From positions 10 to 64,009 of the forward strand of contig JBAZNZ010000010.1 of NCBI GenBank assembly GCA_041648975.1: a stretch of DNA of 64,000 nucleotides. The letters are read 5' to 3'. Shown one piece after another: positions 57,201 to 64,000 of this stretch (position 1 is the first letter of the stretch; each line of letters begins with the position of its first letter). The notes under the pieces are model-generated. The model was not told where the DNA came from, ran no database searches, and saw only the letters and a list, made by a program, of their open reading frames with translations. A program made the position numbers and the translations under genes. Origin of the DNA: Candidatus Omnitrophota bacterium (lineage in GTDB: Bacteria; Omnitrophota; Gorgyraeia; 2-01-FULL-45-10).

Positions 57201-59509
57201 GCCTTGCGCGCCTGTCTCTCGATCGACGATATCTGGCGCTTCACTTCCAGTATTATATCGTTTATGCGCAACAGGTTCTGCTCGGTCTGCTCGAGCTTTC
57301 TCAATGCCTCTCTCTTCTTCGATTTAAATTTTGTGATACCGCTCGCTTCCTCAAATACATAGCGCCTGTCTTCGGGGCGGGAGCTCAAGATGAGGTCCAT
57401 CTTCCCCTGTTCCATGATGGAATAGCTTTCAGTGCCTATTCCTGTTCCCATGAGCAGTTCAGATATGTCCTTCAGCCTTACAGGGGTCTTATTCAGAAGG
57501 TATTCGGTCTCGCCTGAGCGGAATACGCGGCGCGTTATCGTTACTTCGTCGTAGTCTATAGGGAGTGTTCTTTTTTCATTGGAGAATGTGAGCGATACTT
57601 CGGCAAAATTGATGGGCTCTTTGTTGTCTGTGCCGTTGAATATGACGTCCTGCATGCTGGACGCGCGCAGGGACTTCGCAGATTGCTCGCCGAGGACCCA
57701 CCTGATGCTGTCGGCGATATTGCTATTATGCACTATGATATCCTGAGCGATAAAGTTATGGGTATCGGATATCGATAGATCGTATACCCATTTTTCCGAA
57801 TAAACTTTTTCTATACTGACAATCTCATCCCAATATATATCGGAATCAGCCAGTTGCTTAAGATAATCAAATATGGACCTGCCAAGCCCTGTTACTTGAC
57901 CATGCTCGGCAACAACATTCAATGCCTCCCGTAATCCCTGCCGGCTCGGCATGCACCTGTTCTCGTAATAGCTTGTCAGTTTGGGTGATACCTTCTTCAG
58001 CCGTTTTATATTTACCCTGGATAACTTAACCAACATTTTGAAAATCTTATTGATTTCAGGTATTAAATCGAGGTTAGGATTTGTCTTATAATCAAGAGCT
58101 CTTATCCTCTCCAACCTCCCTGACTTCTTACCGACAAAATGCAATAGGCCGGCTAGCTTCTTCACATTATCCCGATTGTAAATGTAAACTGAATAGTATG
58201 TCCGCTTAGTCTTCAGGTCTGTATTAACCGCGCATTTATTCTTTTTACGGATTAAGGAAACTACTCCTAACCGAAGAAGCAGGCTGGCAACACCTTCGGC
58301 CAAGGTTTTTGACGCGGTTGCGTATTCAAAATAAGGAAGCTTGTCAGCCGTCCTATCGATAGATACGTATCCATCGCCTTCAAACAGGCTTGAGAGAAAT
58401 GCTGTTATTATCTTGTGGTCAGCGGCAAATATCTGCGGCGGCACTCTCTTTTCTCCAGACAAACCGTTTATCTTCAGGTCGAAAGCCTTCTCCAAAAACT
58501 GGCATAATGCGTGAGAAAATATGAGGACGTCTTGGGCGCGTTTTTTATAATTGAAAACCTTCGCATCAACACCAAATCCGGCTTTGGCGCACAAAATGAA
58601 ATCCTCTATCATCTTTTCGTCTTCATTCACAAACCATATTTGATCGCCCTTAGTAGTCCTTCCTTCGGATATCAGATAACCCAGGAATCGCGCGATTTCC
58701 GGAGTAACTTTTCTCGGTACATTTACACTGCCCGTCCCTCTGGACTTGATAGTCGTTATAAAATCGGGCACTTCACTTATACCGCATTCGCTAAGCATGG
58801 TGGATAATGCCGGCAATGAGATCGCCTGCCCATCCATCGCAGAACTAAGCGCCAACTGTTTAATATTTAAGGAGCCGCTCATTTCCGACAGGGTATTATA
58901 TCCGGTTTTTACGGAACGGATGAACTCCGAAATATCTTCCGAGAAAGGAATATATACTAAATCTTCGCTCTTGAATTTGCGGAATATTTGGAGGAGGTTA
59001 AGCTTTCTTCCGGCATTTTGAATATTAAGGACGCGCGGGGCTGAAATCTTCGTACCAACCTTTAACTGGTCTGCCGTTAACGTAATCAGGCCCGCATCTT
59101 TTATGCTGAAAAATGGGTGATAATGCGTTGTGGTTACTTCTCTGCCGGTCCTTGTTTTTATCTTTAATAGATAGTCCGGCGCCTGTCTTTTAATAAAGGC
59201 GTATACAGGTCTCGGCTCGATTTGTAAAGTCTGTGGATTGAGAGACAGAATTAGAATGTTTGAGCGATCGGGGTAAAACACGGAGCCATCATCAAGAGTT
59301 TCTATAGCGCCGGGAGAGTTGAAAGCAGATTCAACCAGATCTTTGATTGCGATTTGGGAGCCGTTGGAAAGACAGACCTTGCTTTCGCCGCTCAAGCATT
59401 TACCGCAGCCGTTAGGACCGACGACAGCGGTAACGCCGGGCTCGAAATTCACCTTCGTCTTCTCGGCAAACGACTTAAAACCCAGTAACTCGAGGGATTT
59501 AAAGTGCAT
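54212..59509 (-). CDS. smc: Chromosome segregation protein SMC interrupted by a 558-aa intein in the Walker-A P-loop
   Basis: MHFKSLELLGFKSFAEKTKVNFEPGVTAVVGPNGCGK | C...HN | SNIADSIRWVLGEQSAKSLR. Long coiled coils, hinge, C-terminal signature LSGGEKAMTAIALLFAI and Walker B VMDEIDAPLD. Host protein without intein is 1,207 aa. Confidence 0.9.
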   Translation of the reverse strand: MHFKSLELLGFKSFAEKTKVNFEPGVTAVVGPNGCGKCLSGESKVCLSNGSQIAIKDLVESAFNSPGAIETLDDGSVFYPDRSNILILSLNPQTLQIEPRPVYAFIKRQAPDYLLKIKTRTGREVTTTHYHPFFSIKDAGLITLTADQLKVGTKISAPRVLNIQNAGRKLNLLQIFRKFKSEDLVYIPFSEDISEFIRSVKTGYNTLSEMSGSLNIKQLALSSAMDGQAISLPALSTMLSECGISEVPDFITTIKSRGTGSVNVPRKVTPEIARFLGYLISEGRTTKGDQIWFVNEDEKMIEDFILCAKAGFGVDAKVFNYKKRAQDVLIFSHALCQFLEKAFDLKINGLSGEKRVPPQIFAADHKIITAFLSSLFEGDGYVSIDRTADKLPYFEYATASKTLAEGVASLLLRLGVVSLIRKKNKCAVNTDLKTKRTYYSVYIYNRDNVKKLAGLLHFVGKKSGRLERIRALDYKTNPNLDLIPEINKIFKMLVKLSRVNIKRLKKVSPKLTSYYENRCMPSRQGLREALNVVAEHGQVTGLGRSIFDYLKQLADSDIYWDEIVSIEKVYSEKWVYDLSISDTHNFIAQDIIVHNSNIADSIRWVLGEQSAKSLRASSMQDVIFNGTDNKEPINFAEVSLTFSNEKRTLPIDYDEVTITRRVFRSGETEYLLNKTPVRLKDISELLMGTGIGTESYSIMEQGKMDLILSSRPEDRRYVFEEASGITKFKSKKREALRKLEQTEQNLLRINDIILEVKRQISSIERQARKAEKYKVDFDKLKDMEVKLSFSEYKNLKTRERTHSVENDDAKTREKELDLEIRSVVVTISGYRSSLDQVNQKMSELKDKYAGQSSQLDMNSHKIAIDKERIEEARFAQGGITKEIESIREKMLGAKALLEKLKDELSKATLLKTSKQKSVEEKELLSNNLSKDVEDIENRVRICKVQAVDHLSKETHLKNELIKIGADVQNRRSRQRRISIEKDTVAGELGSVEKALEGVSSEFKAVEDKFMVLRSNLESKKGANENALAEARELEEKISKEENRKSSVRSKIELLEESVKRYEGFGLGVKNLLAEENRIHFPGILGVLADIIKVDRGYEEAVSAFLGDDAQVIVTETDSDITNIIGFLGEKKLGKAGFISRETLRRVGRERVARGARHEMSGLTPLMTFVKTEPGHEDVAEHFFRDAYLAESLEGHIRSFDGSSAVKAVTKSGAMFDNGKISGGSVSDGEESLLIGRKHRLEDFKAMLNDIETGMLSLNSACALARETGRALTLEIDALEKEMHAEEMNLSNIKVKKNGLVENSGKLKEEVTLLISELDEVNQTIDDLTKKGEDFNRELNNIEIEKAKTQNFIDESQALIGEKRSLREKMALETATLRAEAMSLEKEEEGIAVSLKSQEGAAFELEEAVYSKETLLKESQEKEKSLAEEIENLTAQNAVISQDLKVFKDEMTRIEQSRSELTDKLSLDELQLKEKEKSLEGFRNQIRDLDVKITQLSYQKTNLKDRISQVYKVDLETTHMELEDGIDWEALRSQVTELKERLEKMGPVNLVAIDEHKELEERHSFLVHQQEDLLNAKDSLHKAIQKINKTTKDLFLDTFQKIQVEFKNFYRMLFGGGQAELVLIDEQDILESGIEIVVRPPGKKLQNIMLLSGGEKAMTAIALLFAIFKVKPSPFCVMDEIDAPLDESNVTRFSKVLKDFLKISQFIIITHNKRTMELADVMYGITMQERGVSKIVSVKFSNEKSKAPAALVESPAPVPETSQQAV
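57725..59398 (-). mobile_element. Intein (class 1, Cys1 ... His-Asn, +1 Ser) with LAGLIDADG homing-endonuclease domain, inserted between Lys and Ser of the SMC GxxGxGKS P-loop
   Basis: Begins CLSGESKV, ends DIIVHN followed by extein SNI. Block-C-like ARFLGYLISEG and block-E-like ITAFLSSLFEGDGYV LAGLIDADG motifs. TTHYHPFF resembles an N3/B block. Confidence 0.85.
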
Positions 59510-60119
59510 AGTTTTTGACTTGTCCTCCGAAGCTTATCATCTACGAAATACATTCATAGGCGAAGGAGGATAATTTATATATAAGGACTACAAAACGAGA
59601 CCGCTGCGTATAATTTACGATAACGAATACGAATGTAACAATAAGTATATCATGGCAATATAAAAAAGGCAAGGTTGGATGAATTTTTTCTGCTCCCCAG
59701 CTCAGCATGCACTTCCTAGCATCAGCCTATGTGGCACTAAATTTTTACGGGTCCTGCTGCTCCTTCGACTTTTTCTTTTAAAGGGCTCGTTTGGGGTTTA
59801 CAATCTCCCTATTTCTTTATACTAAAAGGTGTAGATAACGGTCTAACTTGACACTGAGGTCATTAGATATCGGTATATTCTGTGCGCGTATCTGTACTGC
59901 CCCATCCCAAACTTCGCCCTTTGCGAGAAAAAGTCTGGAAGGAGCATCACCCGTAAAAATTTCAAGATAGATTCAGACAGGAAGCGTTGACGCTTGAGTA
60001 GGCCGAAAAATTTTAGCTGGGAAACAGATAAAACCCAAGCCGACGTTATGATGAGCACATTGAAAATATTAGGTCTTTGTGATGGAGAAAAACGGTTTAA
60101 AAGAGCCAAGGCTGTTCGA

Positions 60120-60181
60120 GGCCGGATCATCGTCCCGCCGAAGGCGGGACGCCGGCCGAGTTGCCGAAGGCTCCCGTTTTT
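60120..60181. terminator. Long GC inverted repeat plus a small hairpin with T-run; probable bidirectional terminator between the large 60243 gene and the SMC upstream region
   Basis: GGCCGGATCATCGTCCCGCCGAAGGCGGGACGCCGGCC (60120-60157), then GAGTTGCCGAAGGCTCCCGTTTTT. Confidence 0.45.
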
Positions 60182-60242
60182 CGACTGAACAAAGACCGGC
60201 CCCATAGATAGAGCGCAGGGGGAATATTTTCAGTGCTTAGGT

Positions 60243-63200
60243 TTAAGCAGATGTCCGCAGCGCAAGGTACTGTTCCTGGGACTTGGCCCAGTTGTTCCAA
60301 TTCACTGAGGTCATTACTTGGAGGCACAGGCCGTTATGCAATATGTCGTTCAATATCACATCCGGCGGCTGGTTGGCAGGAATTGTTCCCGGCTGAACTA
60401 ACGTTACTATATGGCTTACTATCCGGGCCTTCGCTTCCTGATCGAGCCATTCTTCAGGATTTACACGCTCCTCCGCCCTTCTATAATCAAGAAGCTCTTT
60501 ACCCAGGTCGGCGTGATGGGCCACGTTCACAAGCCCGTCTTTCGGAACGGCTTCTTTAACTATCGTGATCATCCCGGCGAGATCGACGAACTCAGTATGG
60601 ACCAACTCTTTTACAATGTCGTATCCTGTAATGGGGTTGCCCTTGGCATCGCTCCTAAATATCCTGTCAGGGGCGAAGATAATGGCTCTCGGATCTTTTC
60701 CCGCGCCCTCTTGTTTAATAGCTCTCACGCTTTCTAAAACTCCTTTAATATTGTCCGTAAATTTAACCTCTATGTCTTCCGCTGTATACGGATAACTGCG
60801 GATAGACATCGACATACGCGGGCCGCATTCTTTCCTGATAAATCTCTCAATCTGGCGGTCAATCTTCGCCTTCATGGCTATAATCTCAGGGTGATCCGTT
60901 CCGCCGGGGCGCGGAGTTATGACTATATCGACCACATTCTGGTCGCGCACTAAGTCACCAGCCGCCGCATTCGCCGCCGCAACCTGCTGCGTGAACAATT
61001 CCTTCTCATCAACCGGGGCCGGCGCAGTCTGCACCACTACGGCCTCGTCGGGAGCGGCCTGGGCCTGCGGCCTGTATTCGAGGACCGCGAATACATCAGG
61101 CAAACGAAAACCTTTGTCGTTTTTCGTAGATATGGGCATTGTCTCTTTAAGATTGAAATCAGCCTTAGGCCAGATATCTACAAAGCCTGCTTGCCGAAAA
61201 TCTGCAATATGGAAATCTGACGATCGCATAATAACGACCCTGTCTCCCGGTTTCAAATTAGGAAGTATCTTTTCTCTAAATATTTGCTCGTATCCTGAAT
61301 TCAGGTAGAGCGCAAACCCTTTCAGAATTATCGTTCTTGGTTTCCCGGGGAATTCACGTTCAAGCGCTTCTATAGCCATCGGAATGCTTTGCGCATCTTC
61401 TATCATTTTCCTATCGTTGCTTGACTTATCGACATCATTGTCCTTAAATATCTTAAATAATTCGTCTAGCCCACTCCCAGCTTCATCGCCTAATAAGGCC
61501 AATAATTTTTCTTCGCCGTTAGGAGCATCTGCAGGATCAGAATTTATAGAATATGTCTTCGCCACTCTCGGAATCAGATCAGGTCCGCTTAGGGGGTATA
61601 TATACCCGCCGAATCCTCTGCCTTGTTTTTCAAGCCATACTGTTAACGCCTTCATAAGCCTTATATATGACTTTAACGTTTCAGCGCGATAACGAGCTAT
61701 CTCAACTAAAGTGCGCCTGTCTTCGGAGGAACCGGTATATTCCCCTGCTTTTGTCCCGTAGTCATCGACTGCAGTCTTCAGCGTTTCGGCCGCTTCCTCA
61801 GCCGTCATTTCCGGCAGAGGCGCGGACAGCTGTCCGCCGTCCGGGAATACTCCTTCATCGGCGCGCGCAGAAGAAAGCCGGAGCGCGGAGGCTATCCTCT
61901 CCTCTCCCAACAGCATCCTTAATGAAGTGCCGGCATTCAATTCGTCCAGCATATCAAGGAGAGCGTCTGCCGGGACTACTTGTATATCCCATATCTCGCC
62001 CAGCCCCCGGCCGAGCGCCTGTTTTTCTTTGAGGCGAACCATATGCAGCTCCTCATCTCTCGATGCCTGGTTCAGATCGGCAATAGCCTTATTCATGACG
62101 ACCATATCCTGTTCGGTAGCGTTATATATATAGACATACCTCCTCTCCGAATCCCTTGGCCGCGCGGCGCCAAAGACCCCTTCCACCCTTTCGAAAACAC
62201 CGCTTAATACATGCCCCTTCGGAAGCCCCATCTCCTCCATAAGCTCTCTCGGGACCGTATCCTCGGGGGTCGCCTTGGCCATGATGTGACCGCTGAATAC
62301 ACTGGCTATGCGATTCTCCGCTTTCTCATTAAAACGGTGCATCAATATAATCTCGTTCTGCGGAGTTCTGACAAACACGTTCACTATTCTGTGCAATAAC
62401 TGCCTCCCTTCACTACCGTCTCTATTTGCTTGTACCCTCACGGCTCCATCGGCGCCAAAATATAGATGGGCTATTGTTCGATTTACAGGGCCCAGGACAT
62501 TGCCGTCATTCGTTATGATGTCTATGTTCTCTTCCGACAGCTCAATGCCGCCGCTGCTGATGAGTTTTAGCGCATTTGCGATATGCCCTTCGGTTAGAGG
62601 CGTATCGTTCATGGGATTTTCTACAATATGCTTCAATTGCGTCTCGACTCCTGCAAACTTCCCGGCCATTATAGCCGCGTCGCTCTCCGGTATGGCAGCG
62701 TTTACTATAATAGATCCCTGTGCCGGCAGGGTCGTGGTAACGGCAGCCTCAGCCTTCGCCGCGGTCGCGGATGGCGCTGCAGCCGGTATGGCAGTCCCCG
62801 TAGTAACTGTAAGCTCTGTTGTTTCCACCGGCGCCGTGGTCTCTTCGGTAGCCTTAACGCCCGCCGATTCCAACTGCCTCCATGTAAGCAGTTGTTCAAA
62901 TAGTAAACTCTTCTCCGGCATTGAGCGGAGATTCTTCTCTATGGCATCCAGCTGCTGCCATCCGCCATCTTCGGCATATCTCAGAAGATCGGCTGCGCTC
63001 GCCGTCTCGCAAAATCTCGCCAGATCATCCAGAGACATACCGCCCGCCGGCACATTGCCGTCCGTCCCGGGAGGCGGCAGAAAATCGCCTGACTGAGTTT
63101 GATCCTTGGAAACAGATTTATCTGACCTTAATCGAGCCAGATAGTCATCTATGGCCAATGGATCGAGCGGATCGGCGGCCGGCTCTATAACGAATACGTC

Positions 63201-64000
63201 TTCATGAGTAGCTGTGACGCGGTTGAATCTAACTACCACCGCCACGTCTATCTGTCCCGGGAATATTTGTTCGATATGTCTGATACCTTTTTTTGCGAGC
63301 GCCGAGACAACAAGCTCTCTGTTCAGCATATCCTGTTCTATCTCAGATGATGACGAGCCGCTCTGGATTTCGCTCCCCGTCACAATAGCTACCCAGTCGT
63401 CTTCCTCGCCCGCTTTCATTGCGCCGATCATGCTGTCAATATCCGCTGGAGCCTCATCGATACATGCCCGTCCGATAGTTTTCGCTTCACGATTACTAAT
63501 ATTAAGGTAGTGCGCGCCATGTGTTATGCCTGTTTTCTTATTATGCACAATAAGCCCTATGCAGCGACCGCAAGATAGCATAATATGTCCAACACCGCCT
63601 TCCGTAAGCGTTGCTCTTCTTCCGGTCATTAACCTTATTTCATCTGTCGCCGAATAAAAACGGGCCAGATTGATCTGCTTCGGCAATACTTGTCTAATCA
63701 CATTTTTCTTTGCGGACGCTTCCCTCCACTCATAAGTATTGATCATTATCATCTTAACTTGAGGGCTGACGCTGCCGGATACAACGGTTTCGGTAGTTAT
63801 TGAAGTAACCTCAAGCCCCGCCATCTCCGCCTGTTTCCACGCGAGCAGCTGTTCGAAGTCCAGCAACACATCCGGCCTTGATTCGAGTTTTTCCTGTATA
63901 TCCGCCAGACGCCCCCACCCCTCCGCCTCGGCCATATTTATCAGCTGCTCCGCGCTGTCTTCCCGGCAGGCCCTGTCAAACTCGCCCAGCTCCACCATTC
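60243..64000 (-). CDS. Large multidomain protein of unknown function, C-terminal >1,251 aa; N-terminus beyond window end. Duplicated ~65-aa helical module, CheD-like Cys/His segment, Nudix-like REx2EE segment.
   Basis: The ORF is open to the window edge. Modules ELGEFDRACREDSAEQLINMAEAEGWGRLADIQEKLESRPDVLLDFEQLLAWKQAEMAG and SLDDLARFCETASAADLLRYAEDGGWQQLDAIEKNLRSMPEKSLLFEQLLTWRQLESAG are paralogous. Also HIMLSCGRCIGLIVHNKKTGITHGAHYL and GHIMAKATPEDTVPRELMEEMGL. Confidence 0.7.
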   Translation of the reverse strand, partial: MVELGEFDRACREDSAEQLINMAEAEGWGRLADIQEKLESRPDVLLDFEQLLAWKQAEMAGLEVTSITTETVVSGSVSPQVKMIMINTYEWREASAKKNVIRQVLPKQINLARFYSATDEIRLMTGRRATLTEGGVGHIMLSCGRCIGLIVHNKKTGITHGAHYLNISNREAKTIGRACIDEAPADIDSMIGAMKAGEEDDWVAIVTGSEIQSGSSSSEIEQDMLNRELVVSALAKKGIRHIEQIFPGQIDVAVVVRFNRVTATHEDVFVIEPAADPLDPLAIDDYLARLRSDKSVSKDQTQSGDFLPPPGTDGNVPAGGMSLDDLARFCETASAADLLRYAEDGGWQQLDAIEKNLRSMPEKSLLFEQLLTWRQLESAGVKATEETTAPVETTELTVTTGTAIPAAAPSATAAKAEAAVTTTLPAQGSIIVNAAIPESDAAIMAGKFAGVETQLKHIVENPMNDTPLTEGHIANALKLISSGGIELSEENIDIITNDGNVLGPVNRTIAHLYFGADGAVRVQANRDGSEGRQLLHRIVNVFVRTPQNEIILMHRFNEKAENRIASVFSGHIMAKATPEDTVPRELMEEMGLPKGHVLSGVFERVEGVFGAARPRDSERRYVYIYNATEQDMVVMNKAIADLNQASRDEELHMVRLKEKQALGRGLGEIWDIQVVPADALLDMLDELNAGTSLRMLLGEERIASALRLSSARADEGVFPDGGQLSAPLPEMTAEEAAETLKTAVDDYGTKAGEYTGSSEDRRTLVEIARYRAETLKSYIRLMKALTVWLEKQGRGFGGYIYPLSGPDLIPRVAKTYSINSDPADAPNGEEKLLALLGDEAGSGLDELFKIFKDNDVDKSSNDRKMIEDAQSIPMAIEALEREFPGKPRTIILKGFALYLNSGYEQIFREKILPNLKPGDRVVIMRSSDFHIADFRQAGFVDIWPKADFNLKETMPISTKNDKGFRLPDVFAVLEYRPQAQAAPDEAVVVQTAPAPVDEKELFTQQVAAANAAAGDLVRDQNVVDIVITPRPGGTDHPEIIAMKAKIDRQIERFIRKECGPRMSMSIRSYPYTAEDIEVKFTDNIKGVLESVRAIKQEGAGKDPRAIIFAPDRIFRSDAKGNPITGYDIVKELVHTEFVDLAGMITIVKEAVPKDGLVNVAHHADLGKELLDYRRAEERVNPEEWLDQEAKARIVSHIVTLVQPGTIPANQPPDVILNDILHNGLCLQVMTSVNWNNWAKSQEQYLALRTSA

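Noticed and set aside
54276-57362. Ser/Leu-rich + strand ORFs inside smc
   Set aside because: Antisense of coiled-coil-coding sequence (Glu/Lys/Leu codons read backwards give Ser/Phe/Leu runs).
59843-60205. 120-aa minus ORF and 64-aa plus ORF in the SMC upstream spacer
   Set aside because: They overlap each other and the terminator-like inverted repeat, with no motifs. Kept only as a low-priority sRNA or small-protein possibility.

Overview
The left 24.7 kb of this bacterial window (standard code; TGA, TAA and TAG all terminate known genes) is one uninterrupted minus-strand reading frame. It is a giant gene of more than 8,237 codons that begins at 24713 and runs off the window start. The ORF track misses it because it lists ORFs only between a start codon and a stop that lies inside the window. 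Every listed + strand ORF in 1-24750 is an antisense artefact. Hand translation shows a membrane-anchored megaprotein that strings together alpha-glucan (glycogen/starch) enzyme modules: a GT35 glucan phosphorylase, a GH77 4-alpha-glucanotransferase, a GDE-type debranching enzyme and two GH13-like domains. These are interleaved with a Glu/Leu/Phe/Val-dehydrogenase-like module, two class-I SAM-methyltransferase-like modules, internal repeats and several polytopic transmembrane clusters. To my knowledge this fusion is undescribed. The rest of the window is a conserved housekeeping block, almost entirely on the minus strand: pgpA, pgsA, rimO, rodZ-like, ftsK, uppP, dut, pnp (with an apparent +1 frameshift), rpsO, ribF, truB, an nrnA-like DHH gene, rbfA, a DHH-CBS-poly(A)-polymerase/CCA-type gene, a xerC/xerD-family recombinase, an MBL hydrolase, a lipoprotein, ligA, a metallophosphoesterase, acyP and tRNA-Pro(CGG), which has integration-scar-like partial duplicates. 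A split riboflavin operon follows (ribE, ribD, a PHP-domain protein, nusB, ribH, ribBA), controlled by a clear FMN riboswitch with an intrinsic terminator. Next come a secreted Pro/Ala-rich protein, a GAF-GGDEF diguanylate cyclase, and an SMC gene carrying a 558-aa LAGLIDADG intein in its Walker-A P-loop. The window ends inside another large unknown multidomain gene (more than 1,251 aa). Two intergenic repeat families occur (AGACCTACGAGG palindromic hairpins and GGTTACGTAAGG boxes). No CRISPR array, rRNA or transposase was seen.
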